Source of the DNA: Candidatus Saccharimonadales bacterium
GTDB taxonomy: Bacteria > Patescibacteriota > Saccharimonadia > Saccharimonadales > UBA4665
DNA: 64,000 nt
Reading direction: 5' to 3'
NCBI GenBank assembly: GCA_035545275.1
Contig: DASZYT010000001.1
Span: 6,143-70,142, forward strand
Part shown: piece by piece, positions 43,720-52,697 of the stretch
Layout: every line of letters begins with the position of its first letter
Position numbering within the stretch: position 1 is the stretch's first letter
Made by a program: the position numbers and the translations under genes
The notes under the pieces: model-generated
The model's input: the letters and a program-made list of their open reading frames with translations, nothing else
Databases searched by the model: none
Told to the model about the DNA's origin: nothing

Positions 43720-45003
43720 ATGCTCAAACTGAATCGTGCCAAGAAAATAACAGACAAAGCAAAATCCTTGCTGTCGTTTCGCCCCGACAAAGACCTAAGC
43801 CCCGAAGACATCCGAGCGGCGCGTGCCTACGTGAAAGATTTTTGGAAAAACCTGGAGCGATTTCACCCGAAGGACGATGAGAGTTTGCTGGGATTACCCA
43901 AGCCGTACTTGGTGCCGAGCTACGACGAAAGTGCCAGTTTTGATTACAACGAGCTGTACTACTGGGACAGCTACTTCATGGTGCAGGGTACGCTCGATCA
44001 AGAGCATCGCGAGCTGGCTATGGGTATCCTCGAAGATTTACTGAGCCTGCTCAAGCGTTTCAAGATTATTCCCAACGGTTCGCGTACATTCCTGATGGGC
44101 CGTTCGCAGCCTCCTTTCCTAACTTCGTTCATTTTCGACATCTACCAGGCCTACGATCCCGGCAAAGAATGGCTAAAAGAGGCCATCGCGCTGGCCCAGC
44201 AGGAATACCACACGGTATGGATGGGCACCAAAAAGCCCAACGAGCGGCAGGTGCACAAAGGCCTCAGCCGTTACTACGACATCAACTATCTGCACGATTT
44301 GGCCGAGGCCGAAAGCGGCTGGGACATGACCCCGCGTTTCAACCGCCATGCGCTCAACTATCTACCGGTTGACCTCAACGCGTTGCTGTATAAATACGAG
44401 ACCGATTTTGCCCGGGCGGCACGCATCCTGGGCGATAAGCGCGAGGCGGCCAAGTGGGATGACGCCGCCGAACAGCGCAAAAAAGTCATGACAGAGTTCA
44501 TGTGGGACCGCATCCGTGGGCTGTTTTACGACTATAACTATGTGCGTGAAAAGCGCGGCACGGTCAGTTCACTAGCATCGTACTACACCATGTGGGCAGG
44601 ATTAGCCACGGAAGCACAAGCCGAAGCCATGGTGCGAGCCCTGCGCCGGTTTGAGCACAAGGGTGGTTTGAGCACCACCGACGCGGTGCCTATCGGGCAG
44701 ATGGTTATGGGCGGCATGCCCACGCAATGGGCCTACCCCAACGGCTGGGCACCGCTGCATTTCATCGTTATCAAGGGGCTGGAGCGCTACGGCTACCACA
44801 ACGATGCGCGCCGCATCGCCATGAAATGGCTCAAAACCAATGTCTCATGGTTTGACGAACACGGAGTGTTCCTGGAAAAATACAACGTGGTCGACCCATC
44901 CAAGCCGCCACTCAAGGGTGTGTACCCCTCTCAGACCGGTTTCGGCTGGACTAACGCGGTGTTTGAACGCCTCTGCGAAGAATACGTCGACCGTGCGGCA
45001 TAG
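43720..45003 (+). CDS. GH37-family trehalase (cytoplasmic type, no signal peptide)
   Basis: ELYYWDSYF, AESGWDMTPRF, and TQWAYPNGWAPL (variant of the QWDxPxGWxP signature). Confidence 0.8.
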   Translation: MLKLNRAKKITDKAKSLLSFRPDKDLSPEDIRAARAYVKDFWKNLERFHPKDDESLLGLPKPYLVPSYDESASFDYNELYYWDSYFMVQGTLDQEHRELAMGILEDLLSLLKRFKIIPNGSRTFLMGRSQPPFLTSFIFDIYQAYDPGKEWLKEAIALAQQEYHTVWMGTKKPNERQVHKGLSRYYDINYLHDLAEAESGWDMTPRFNRHALNYLPVDLNALLYKYETDFARAARILGDKREAAKWDDAAEQRKKVMTEFMWDRIRGLFYDYNYVREKRGTVSSLASYYTMWAGLATEAQAEAMVRALRRFEHKGGLSTTDAVPIGQMVMGGMPTQWAYPNGWAPLHFIVIKGLERYGYHNDARRIAMKWLKTNVSWFDEHGVFLEKYNVVDPSKPPLKGVYPSQTGFGWTNAVFERLCEEYVDRAA

Positions 45004-45004
45004 A

Positions 45005-45013
45005 TGCTATAAT
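45005..45013 (+). promoter_or_regulatory. extended -10 element driving the tRNA-Val transcript
   Basis: TGCTATAAT, 2 nt after the trehalase stop and 12 nt before the partial tRNA copy. Confidence 0.45.
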
Positions 45014-45025
45014 ACACGGCGACGA

Positions 45026-45097
45026 GGGCAATTAGCTCAGTTGGCGCAGCTTGCTGCAAAATCTAATAATCGCGCAAGCGCTCTAGCCAGCTCAGAG
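45026..45097 (+). pseudogene. rearranged partial copy of tRNA-Val in the leader of the real tRNA-Val
   Basis: GGGCAATTAGCTCAGTTGG (nt 1-19 of the tRNA, plus the same 4-nt 5' flank CGAG), then CGCAGC/TTGCTG (anticodon stem with the 7-nt loop and CTAGAG deleted). GCGCTCTAGCCA (45078-45089) is the reverse complement of D-arm TGGCTAGAGCGC. Confidence 0.45.
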
Positions 45098-45133
45098 AAA
45101 ACTACCCTGGATGTGTTGTTAAAAGATTTACGA

Positions 45134-45210
45134 GGGCAATTAGCTCAGTTGGCTAGAGCGCAGCATTCACATTGCTGAGGTCACAGGTTCAAGCCCTGTA
45201 TTGCCCACCA
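45134..45210 (+). tRNA. tRNA-Val (anticodon CAC), CCA encoded
   Basis: Hand-folded 77 nt: GGGCAAT TA GCTC AGTTGGCTA GAGC G CAGCA TTCACAT TGCTG AGGTC ACAGG TTCAAGC CCTGT ATTGCCC A CCA. Confidence 0.95.
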
Positions 45211-45214
45211 AACA

Positions 45215-45247
45215 AAAAGCCTCACAAAAGAGTGAGGCTTTTTGTTT
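45215..45247 (+). terminator. rho-independent terminator after tRNA-Val
   Basis: AAAAAGCCTCAC-AAAAGA-GTGAGGCTTTTTGTTT. Confidence 0.7.
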
Positions 45248-45261
45248 GCTATAGTAATTGC

Positions 45262-45681
45262 ATGGCTCATGAAGACAATTGTCCGTTTTGTAGCGCTGGC
45301 GAGCGGGTCGTGAAGGAAAATGGCACCGCGCAGGCTATTTTGAGCAACCCGCGCAAGGTAGCGGGGCACGTGCTGGTGATGCCCAAGCGCCACGTGGAGC
45401 AGCCGTGGGAGCTGACACGCGAAGAGTTGCAGGACGTGTTCGAGCTGATTTTTGACATCGAGCAGAAGCTAGTGGGCAAGTTGGGCGATGGCTGCGACAT
45501 CCGGCAGAATTACCGGCCTTTCAAACGGCAGAGCGACACCAAGGTAAATCACATAACATTTCACGTCATCCCGCGCTCCGCGGATGATTACATCTATACC
45601 GTATCCGAAAAGTACGAGACCGACCTGTTTGCCGACCTGGACGATCTGGAGCGCGACGAAGTCACGAAGCTGCTGAAATAG
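45262..45681 (+). CDS. HIT-family (histidine triad-like) protein with a variant triad
   Basis: From ATG 45262: MAHEDNCPFCS.. (CxxC), ..GHVLVMPKRH.., and the triad region reads NHITFHVIP (H-x-T-x-H). Confidence 0.7.
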   Translation: MAHEDNCPFCSAGERVVKENGTAQAILSNPRKVAGHVLVMPKRHVEQPWELTREELQDVFELIFDIEQKLVGKLGDGCDIRQNYRPFKRQSDTKVNHITFHVIPRSADDYIYTVSEKYETDLFADLDDLERDEVTKLLK

Positions 45682-45682
45682 T

Positions 45683-46177
45683 ATGGTGCACGCCGCCGGA
45701 CTGCTGATATTTAGGAGAAACAACGACCGGGTCGAAGTGCTGCTGACGCATCCGGGTGGACCGTTCTGGGCTAAAAAGGACGTCTGGTCCATACCCAAAG
45801 GTGAAGTCGACGAAGGGGAGAGCCTTGAGCAGGCCCTGGTGCGCGAATTTAAAGAAGAAACTGGCTTTGATATCCCGCCCGGCGAGCGGATTGATTTGGG
45901 CACTTTTGCCCAAGGCACACGCAAGACCAACCATATCTGGGCGGTGGAGGGGGATGTAGACGTTTCAAAATTTGTCTGCGAGAGTACCTTTACCACGGAA
46001 TGGCCGCCAAAATCCGGGCAAAAGCAGGCATTTCCCGAAAACGACCGCGCGGCTTGGTTTGAGCTCAATGTCGCCAAACAGAAGGTATTTGACGCACAAA
46101 GGGTGTTCGTGGACCGTCTGGCCGCACACCTGGGTTTGAATTTGGTCGAATCCCCACAACAGCAGTCTCTGTTGTAA
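45683..46177 (+). CDS. NUDIX hydrolase
   Basis: Nudix box GEVDEGESLEQALVREFKEETG. Confidence 0.85.
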   Translation: MVHAAGLLIFRRNNDRVEVLLTHPGGPFWAKKDVWSIPKGEVDEGESLEQALVREFKEETGFDIPPGERIDLGTFAQGTRKTNHIWAVEGDVDVSKFVCESTFTTEWPPKSGQKQAFPENDRAAWFELNVAKQKVFDAQRVFVDRLAAHLGLNLVESPQQQSLL

Positions 46178-46236
46178 AGTAATTTTGTCAAACTCTAAAT
46201 ATTCTGGTAAAATATAGAAAACGCCAGGAGAATCCC

Positions 46237-46770
46237 ATGGAATTTACCGATTCATACGGCTATCGGCCGGATTTACTATGGCCCTACCGTCGTCTTAACA
46301 ACGAAGATCTAGGTAGGCTTCTATTGCGGCGCGTCCAACAGGAACGTGATTCGCTCGTTTTACTTAGCGAAAGCCTGGATGTGTTACGTAAGCGGGGCGA
46401 CAAGGACCCATTCAGTTTCATCGATATCAAAAATAGTGGGGAAGTGCAAAAGGGCTGGATTATTTCCAGACAGCGTAGCCCGGCTCCTGGCGCCGGTCCG
46501 CGTGACATCGTCACCGTGGCTATGAGTGAAGAAGGTGAAATATGGCAAGGGCGGTTTGACGTCAGTAGCCATACACTCGAAGTCGACTGCGCCTATCCTC
46601 CGCAGAGCGTGCCGTACCTGGAGTGGCTTTATCGTGCCAACGAAGGACAGATTGTCACACCACTGGTGAGTGAACAGGAAAACGAAGTAGTTGCCGGGCT
46701 CTTGCAACGCCCCGATAGCGGGCTGGCGATAAGTATGGAATACCTGATTCACCCACGTAGCGGTTTCTGA
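46237..46770 (+). CDS. hypothetical protein (177 aa)
   Basis: ATG follows AGGAGAA. No motif recognised. Confidence 0.5.
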   Translation: MEFTDSYGYRPDLLWPYRRLNNEDLGRLLLRRVQQERDSLVLLSESLDVLRKRGDKDPFSFIDIKNSGEVQKGWIISRQRSPAPGAGPRDIVTVAMSEEGEIWQGRFDVSSHTLEVDCAYPPQSVPYLEWLYRANEGQIVTPLVSEQENEVVAGLLQRPDSGLAISMEYLIHPRSGF

Positions 46771-46827
46771 TCCGGTACAGAAGTGTGCTAAGCCAAGCCC
46801 TTCTCTAATCGTTATCCAACGGGTACA

Positions 46828-48282
46828 ATGAATCAGATGAAATACTACGTTGCCACCTCTATTCCCTATGTCAACGGTGAGCCGCACCTCGGGCACGCCA
46901 TGGAGTTTGTGATGGCCGACGTCTTGGCCCGCAACGCGCGGGCGCAGGGCAAAGAGGTGCTGTTTAGTACTGGCACCGACGAGCACGGCGGCAAGATTGC
47001 CGAAAAAGCCGTCGAAAAAAAGGTTGAGCCCAAAGCGCTGGCCGACGAGATGAGCGCCCGCTTTGCCAGCCTGGCCCAAAGCCTTAACATTAGCAATGAC
47101 CGGTTTATCCGCACCACCGACAAGTCGCACGAACAGCGCGCCCAACTCATCTGGAAAGCGCTCGAGAAAGATATCTATAAGAGCACCTACGTAGGGTGGT
47201 ACTGCACGGGCGACGAGGAATTCTTTACCGAAACCGTCGTCAAGGCCAACAACGGCATCTGCCCTGACCACAATCGTCCGTACGAAAAGCTTGAGGAAGA
47301 GAACTACTTCTTTAAGCTCAGCAAATACGCCGACAAAATCAAAGAGGCAATTACTTCTGAGACGTTTGTCATTCTACCCGATACGCGTCGCAACGAGATC
47401 TTGGCCGTTATTGACGAAGGGCTCGAAGACATCAGCATTTCGCGTCCGGCCGACAAGATTGGCTGGGGCATCCCCGTACCTGGCGACAAAAAACAGGTAA
47501 TGTACGTGTGGTTTGAGGCGCTCATGAACTATATAACCGTGCTGGGCTACCCTGAGCACGAAGACTTCAAGAAGTTCTGGCCGGCCGACGTGCAGGTGAT
47601 AGGTAAGGGCATTTTGCGCTTCCACGCCGCCGTCTGGCCTGGCATGCTGCTGGGTCTTGGGTTGCCCTTGCCAAAGGTGTTATACGTGCACGGCTACGTC
47701 ACGGTGGGCAACCAAAAGATGAGCAAGAGCCTGGGCAACGCCGTGTCACCCGATGAAGTGGTTGAAAAGTACGGCGCTGATGCGTTCCGCTACTATTTCT
47801 TGCGTCACATTCCCAGCTACGGCGATGGTGACTTCACCTGGGAGACGTTTGATGCGGCGTACAATAATGAGCTGGCAAACGAGCTAGGCAACGCTGTACA
47901 GCGCACTGCTGCCATGATTCAGAAATACCAGGACGGTGTCATTGGGGACATTCCGCCGGCCGAGCACGACGTGGCTCAGTATAACGAAGCGCTAGACGCC
48001 TGCCGGTTCGATCGCGCCCTCGACGAAGTGTGGGAACAAGTGCGCGGCCTCAACCAGTACATTGACGAGGAAAAGCCGTGGGAAGTGGCCAAATCAGGCG
48101 ACGCTGACCACTTGCGTGAGGTGCTGGCGTACCAGGCCAGTGCACTACTAGAAATTGCCGACCTGCTCAAACCTTTTTTGCCTGACACGGCCGCCAAAAT
48201 CCGTAACGTATTTGAAAGCGGTGTCGTGAAACCCATTGCTGGCACCCTGTTCCCCAAGCAGGAAACTTCTACCCAGGAATAA
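46828..48282 (+). CDS. metG: methionine--tRNA ligase (short form, no C-terminal tRNA-binding domain)
   Basis: PYVNGEPHLGHAM (HIGH) and KMSKSLGN (KMSKS); 484 aa. Confidence 0.9.
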   Translation: MNQMKYYVATSIPYVNGEPHLGHAMEFVMADVLARNARAQGKEVLFSTGTDEHGGKIAEKAVEKKVEPKALADEMSARFASLAQSLNISNDRFIRTTDKSHEQRAQLIWKALEKDIYKSTYVGWYCTGDEEFFTETVVKANNGICPDHNRPYEKLEEENYFFKLSKYADKIKEAITSETFVILPDTRRNEILAVIDEGLEDISISRPADKIGWGIPVPGDKKQVMYVWFEALMNYITVLGYPEHEDFKKFWPADVQVIGKGILRFHAAVWPGMLLGLGLPLPKVLYVHGYVTVGNQKMSKSLGNAVSPDEVVEKYGADAFRYYFLRHIPSYGDGDFTWETFDAAYNNELANELGNAVQRTAAMIQKYQDGVIGDIPPAEHDVAQYNEALDACRFDRALDEVWEQVRGLNQYIDEEKPWEVAKSGDADHLREVLAYQASALLEIADLLKPFLPDTAAKIRNVFESGVVKPIAGTLFPKQETSTQE

Positions 48283-48287
48283 CCCCA

Positions 48288-49091
48288 ATGCTGCTTGTTG
48301 ATACGCATTGCCACATTCATGAGGCTGTCCGCAAAACGACGCCGGTGTACGACAAGTGGCACGAAAAAGGCGATATCGACCCCGACACACTCATACTGAC
48401 AGCCAAAGACGCCGGTGTAACCAAGCTGGTATGCGTAGGTACGACGCTGGACGACAGCGAGCTGGCTATTGAATTCGTGCAAGATAGGCCAGAATGTTGG
48501 GCATCTATTGGCATCCATCCGCACGAGGCGGCCGAGGCGATGTCACGCGGTCGTACGCTGCCCAAGTTTGCCCAATTGGCCATCCAGCCCAAGGTTGTGG
48601 CGGTTGGGGAGTGTGGCCTGGATTACTTTTATAACCACTCTCCACGCGATGTGCAGCTCAAAGTCTTACAGTTTCAGCTGGAGCTTGCCAGCGCAGCGGG
48701 TCTGCCTGTAATTTTCCACGTCCGTGAGGCATTTGACGACTTTTGGCCCCTGTACGAGCAGTATAAAGTGCCGGGTGTGCTTCACAGTTTCACCGACTCT
48801 AGGGAAAATATGGAACGGGCGGTTGAACAGGGGCTGTACATAGGGGCAAATGGCATTGCGACCTTCACAAAAAATCCCAAACAACTACAGATGTACCGGA
48901 CTATTCCGTTGCAAAATTTACTTTTAGAAACAGATGCGCCCTTCTTGACGCCTACCCCTTATCGTGGTACAATAAACGAGCCAAAACACGTCAGAACAAC
49001 GGCGGAATTTCTTGCGAGTCTTAGAGGTGAAAGCGTGGAGGGCCTAGCCACCACGACGTCTCAAAGCGCGCAAAAATTATTTGGCATCTAA
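48288..49091 (+). CDS. tatD: TatD-family metal-dependent hydrolase/DNase
   Basis: VDTHCHIHE, GECGLDY, IFHVREA, GVLHSF, ETDAPFL. Confidence 0.85.
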   Translation: MLLVDTHCHIHEAVRKTTPVYDKWHEKGDIDPDTLILTAKDAGVTKLVCVGTTLDDSELAIEFVQDRPECWASIGIHPHEAAEAMSRGRTLPKFAQLAIQPKVVAVGECGLDYFYNHSPRDVQLKVLQFQLELASAAGLPVIFHVREAFDDFWPLYEQYKVPGVLHSFTDSRENMERAVEQGLYIGANGIATFTKNPKQLQMYRTIPLQNLLLETDAPFLTPTPYRGTINEPKHVRTTAEFLASLRGESVEGLATTTSQSAQKLFGI

Positions 49092-49096
49092 AAGCT

Positions 49097-49504
49097 ATGA
49101 AACCATCGCTATTCAACCGCGACCACAACAATTTTGAGCTGCCACCTCACTTGGCTAGCGAGATTGTTGGTGGGCGCATTGCTGAAGTGAGTGCTGCCGT
49201 GCAGTCGGTTGGTGGCTATACGCCACAGCCCGCCAAAGCAGAAGCCGTGGGCTTTACATCGCTTAAAAACGTGTCTATTCCTGCGCAACGCGCCCCGATG
49301 GGCGCCGAAAACCCATTGTTTACCCAGCAAGCCGTTTTGCCGGTCGAGCAGCCGGAGGCAGCGGTGACACAACAAATGCCCAGTGAGTCTGCGCCACCTA
49401 CCGATATCCCTGTAACAGCAATGTCACCCGATCAATTGAGGGAGTATATCGCGGAACAGAGCAAGCCGGCAAAGGAGATCCAAGATGGCCAAATTCCCAC
49501 TTAA
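49097..49504 (+). CDS. hypothetical protein (135 aa), Pro/Ala/Gln-rich
   Basis: Open frame immediately after tatD. No motif recognised. Confidence 0.45.
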   Translation: MKPSLFNRDHNNFELPPHLASEIVGGRIAEVSAAVQSVGGYTPQPAKAEAVGFTSLKNVSIPAQRAPMGAENPLFTQQAVLPVEQPEAAVTQQMPSESAPPTDIPVTAMSPDQLREYIAEQSKPAKEIQDGQIPT

Positions 49505-49865
49505 TTTCGTTACCGACCAAGCCAAGAAGCAAGAAGAACGCCGCGCAAAACTATTGCGCGCGCTTATCCATTATGAATCAAAAATTGGCGGCCAATTGTT
49601 TGGGCCTATCCCCGAGGGCCACCGCCGTGAATTCTTTTGCCTAGACCGTCACACCTGGGTCTGGCACGAGGAATGGGACGATGTCCAGGGCCATCACGCG
49701 GTCACCACTCGCTATGACGTCCGCCCGGACGGTATTTTGAAATCACAGGGCGGGCAAAGCTACCAGCGGCTGAGCCCCCAAGAGGCCAGCAATTTCTCTA
49801 ACGCCGTGCAGCTATATGGCCAGCGCGTCTTACCCGAGCTCAATCGTTTCCTACAAGTTGCCTAA
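49485..49865 (+). CDS. hypothetical protein (126 aa)
   Basis: The ATG overlaps the previous gene by 20 nt. Product MAKFPLNFVTDQAKKQEERRAKLLRALIHYESKIGGQLFGP..; no motif recognised. Confidence 0.5.
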   Translation: MAKFPLNFVTDQAKKQEERRAKLLRALIHYESKIGGQLFGPIPEGHRREFFCLDRHTWVWHEEWDDVQGHHAVTTRYDVRPDGILKSQGGQSYQRLSPQEASNFSNAVQLYGQRVLPELNRFLQVA

Positions 49866-49876
49866 GCATTGCTACA

Positions 49877-51016
49877 ATGAGTAACGTGAACTGGCCCATC
49901 TATCTTGATTATGCCGCCGCCACGCCGGTGGGCGAAACAGTACTGGCAGCTATGCAGCCGTATTTTTCGTCACAATTCTATAATCCCTCAGCTCTCTATC
50001 TGGTCGCTAAAGACGTGTCGGCCAAGCTGGAAGACGCTAGGGCAGGCGTAGCCCACTGGCTGGGCGCTCGTCCGGCCGAAATTGTTTTTACGGCCGGTGC
50101 CACGGAAGCGAACAATCTGGCTATCCATGGGGTGATGCGACAGTATCCAGAGGGAAATATGGTAGTGAACAGCGTGGAGCACGAAGCTGTGCTGGCCCCG
50201 GCCCACGAATATGACTGCCGGGAAGTGGCCGTAACGCCGGACGGCAGCATTGATCTGAAAGCGCTTGAGCGTACCATCGATGGCCACACGGTGCTGGTGA
50301 GTGTCATGTATGCCAACAATGAGGTGGGCACCATCCAGCCTCTGCGCGAAGTAGCGCAGATTATTCAAAAAAAACGTGCTGAGCGTACCAACAATTTGCC
50401 ACTACTGTTTCATACCGATGCTGCTCAGGCCGGCAACTATCTTGACCTGCACGCCGCTCGACTGGGTGTCGACCTTATGTCTATCAATGGAGGAAAGATA
50501 TACGGTCCCAAACAGAGCGGGGCGCTGTTTGTAAAAGCTGGTGTCACGCTAAAGCCGCTCATAATGGGCGGTGGCCAAGAAAGCGGTCTGCGGTCGGGTA
50601 CCGAAAACGTGGCGGGCGCGGTGGGGCTTGCGGCCGCACTCGAGCTGGTGCAAGTTAGCCGTCGTGAGGAAACGGAGCGTCTGCAAAAACTACAGAAGCT
50701 TTTTATTGAATTGCTAGAAAAACAGATAGTCGGTGCTGTGCTAAACGGCTCACGCACGCACCGCTTGCCCAACAATGTGCACATCACTGTCCCTGGCCAG
50801 GATAACGAGCGCCTCTTGATGCAGCTGGACGAAGCGGGCATTTTGGCGGCGGCCGGCTCAGCCTGCTCGGCCTCCGACGAAGAGCCCTCGCACGTACTTC
50901 GTGCCATGGGCTTAAGCGACCAGGACGCGCAGGCCTCTTTGCGCTTCACCATGGGCCGGAGTACTACCGAGAATGACATCCGTCACACGGTAGACGTGCT
51001 TGCCACGTTGCTCTAG
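49877..51016 (+). CDS. cysteine desulfurase (NifS/IscS-type class V aminotransferase)
   Basis: FTAGATEANN, the PLP-lysine region SINGGKIYGPKQSGALF, and the catalytic loop AAGSACSAS. Confidence 0.85.
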   Translation: MSNVNWPIYLDYAAATPVGETVLAAMQPYFSSQFYNPSALYLVAKDVSAKLEDARAGVAHWLGARPAEIVFTAGATEANNLAIHGVMRQYPEGNMVVNSVEHEAVLAPAHEYDCREVAVTPDGSIDLKALERTIDGHTVLVSVMYANNEVGTIQPLREVAQIIQKKRAERTNNLPLLFHTDAAQAGNYLDLHAARLGVDLMSINGGKIYGPKQSGALFVKAGVTLKPLIMGGGQESGLRSGTENVAGAVGLAAALELVQVSRREETERLQKLQKLFIELLEKQIVGAVLNGSRTHRLPNNVHITVPGQDNERLLMQLDEAGILAAAGSACSASDEEPSHVLRAMGLSDQDAQASLRFTMGRSTTENDIRHTVDVLATLL

Positions 51017-51103
51017 ATGCATGACCTTCGCGCCCGCTAACGTGTTCCGGTGCGGATGTCGTGGTGGTGTTGCTTGCACAAACCGGTTATACTTTTCTGT
51101 GTA

Positions 51104-51985
51104 ATGTCAAAATTAAAACGCTTTATCTGTATTGCTCTTAGCTCAGCTCTGATATTGGTTTTCGGAGCTCCCTTGTCGGCCGTCGCGGCTAGCAGTAATA
51201 CAAACGGTTCTGGAAACGTTTCAAACGGCTCGGTGAGCGCCGTTACCGTAGGATACGGCAGTGATTCGCCTTTGCAGTACGGCTTAATTGTCGGGCTGAA
51301 ACCAGGGGATGCCAGCAAGGTGGTCGCCCTGAGCGCCGACCGCATCAAAGACATGCATGGTGTAGTGGTACCCTCTACCGATGCCACCGTGACACTGAGT
51401 GATGGTTCCGCCAAAAGTGGCCAGGTGTATGTTGCGACAGTAGGCCGGTACAACGTACTGGTAAGCACCCAAAACGGTCCCATTCACACCGGTGATTACA
51501 TCACCATCTCCTCACTTAGCGGCATAGGCATGAAAGCCGACCAGTCGGAGCCGGTCGTCCTGGGCAAAGCAGCGGCCAATTTTGACGGCACGGGCAATGT
51601 ACAGGGCTCGGCTACTCTCAAAGATGTCAATGGCAATAACGTGGCAATATCGTTGGGGCGTATCCCCGTTGATTTGGGTATCGATCACAACCCCTTGGCG
51701 GGCGCTACCAGCGGGGTGCCCGGGTTTTTGCAGAATGCCGCCCACATCTTTACCGATCAGCCGGTGTCTACCTGGCGGCTCTACCTGGCCCTGACACTTT
51801 TCATTGTGGCAGCCATTATTGCCGGCAGCCTGTTATACGGTGGTGTGCGTAGCAGTATGGTTGCCATTGGGCGTAACCCCTTAGCCAAAAATCGCATCAT
51901 GGTAAATCTTTTCCGGGTAACACTCTTGAGCCTTACGATTTTCATAATTGGGGTAGGTGCGGTATATTTAGTACTAAAGGTCTAA
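51104..51985 (+). CDS. secreted/membrane protein with a C-terminal two-helix hairpin
   Basis: From ATG 51104: signal peptide MSKLKRFICIALSSALILVFGAPLSAVAA, a beta-rich ectodomain, and C-terminal ..FIVAAIIAGSLLYGGVRSSMVAIGRNPLAKNRIMVNLFRVTLLSLTIFIIGVGAVYLVLKV. Confidence 0.55.
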   Translation: MSKLKRFICIALSSALILVFGAPLSAVAASSNTNGSGNVSNGSVSAVTVGYGSDSPLQYGLIVGLKPGDASKVVALSADRIKDMHGVVVPSTDATVTLSDGSAKSGQVYVATVGRYNVLVSTQNGPIHTGDYITISSLSGIGMKADQSEPVVLGKAAANFDGTGNVQGSATLKDVNGNNVAISLGRIPVDLGIDHNPLAGATSGVPGFLQNAAHIFTDQPVSTWRLYLALTLFIVAAIIAGSLLYGGVRSSMVAIGRNPLAKNRIMVNLFRVTLLSLTIFIIGVGAVYLVLKV

Positions 51986-51994
51986 GAATAAGCA

Positions 51995-52039
51995 CTTTCA
52001 CAGATTACACTTTCGGATAACCGATGTAATCCGTGAAAG
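51995..52039 (+). other. 45-nt extended hairpin between the membrane-protein gene and the atp operon
   Basis: CTTTCAC-a-GATTACA-c-TTTCGG-ATAA-CCGA-TGTAATC-c-GTGAAAG. No T-run. Confidence 0.55.
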
Positions 52040-52070
52040 CCAAAGCAGTTATGAAACGGTGGGATAACAC

Positions 52071-52697
52071 ATGACAATCTGGTGGCTCGCACTCATCATA
52101 GGGTTCTTAGTAGCGGCAGCCTGGGCATTTATGTGGCTGGCGTTGCGCATCAGTCGCCTTAGCGGCGGCAAAAAGGGTAAAAGCGCCCTGGAATCGTTGC
52201 AGGATGCGGCCAAAGAGGATGTCGAGCATATTTTTAATGATGAATTCCGCGAGGAACTCAGAAACCGCGGCCGCTTGCACTTCGAAAAGATCATCGGCGA
52301 GAACGCTATGTTCTTGCAGCAAGATTTGCGCCTGACAACCTCTCAGCTCAATGAGTACATGAAGGCGGAAATCACCCGCAAGCTCCAGGAGGAATTTGCC
52401 AAGTACGAGCAGTCCATTATGGACGCCAAGCAACTGGCCATCGACTCCATCCAGAAGACCAACGATGCCATTGACGAACAGCGGCAGCTGCTAAGCCAGC
52501 AGGTGCAGTCAGAAATGGCAGCCGAGAAGGCCCAGATAGTCAAACGCTTCGAAGATCACATGGCTGACATCATCAACCACTACGTGCAAGCCGCCATTGG
52601 TGACCAAATTGACCTGTCTGACCAGCTTGAGTACATCTTGGGTTCGTTAGAGGCTAACAAGCAAGCACTGCTAGAGGATGTGAAGAATGGCTCATGA
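52071..52697 (+). CDS. atpF: ATP synthase peripheral-stalk b-like subunit
   Basis: One N-terminal TM (MTIWWLALIIGFLVAAAWAFMWLAL) followed by a ~170-aa charged coiled coil. First gene of the atp cluster. Confidence 0.55.
   Translation: MTIWWLALIIGFLVAAAWAFMWLALRISRLSGGKKGKSALESLQDAAKEDVEHIFNDEFREELRNRGRLHFEKIIGENAMFLQQDLRLTTSQLNEYMKAEITRKLQEEFAKYEQSIMDAKQLAIDSIQKTNDAIDEQRQLLSQQVQSEMAAEKAQIVKRFEDHMADIINHYVQAAIGDQIDLSDQLEYILGSLEANKQALLEDVKNGS

Noticed and set aside
45469-46191. 240-aa minus-strand ORF.
   Set aside because: It is antisense to the HIT and Nudix genes, both of which have clear motifs.
46384-47271. 295-aa minus-strand ORF.
   Set aside because: It is antisense to the 46237-46770 gene and metG (HIGH and KMSKS are present on the + strand).
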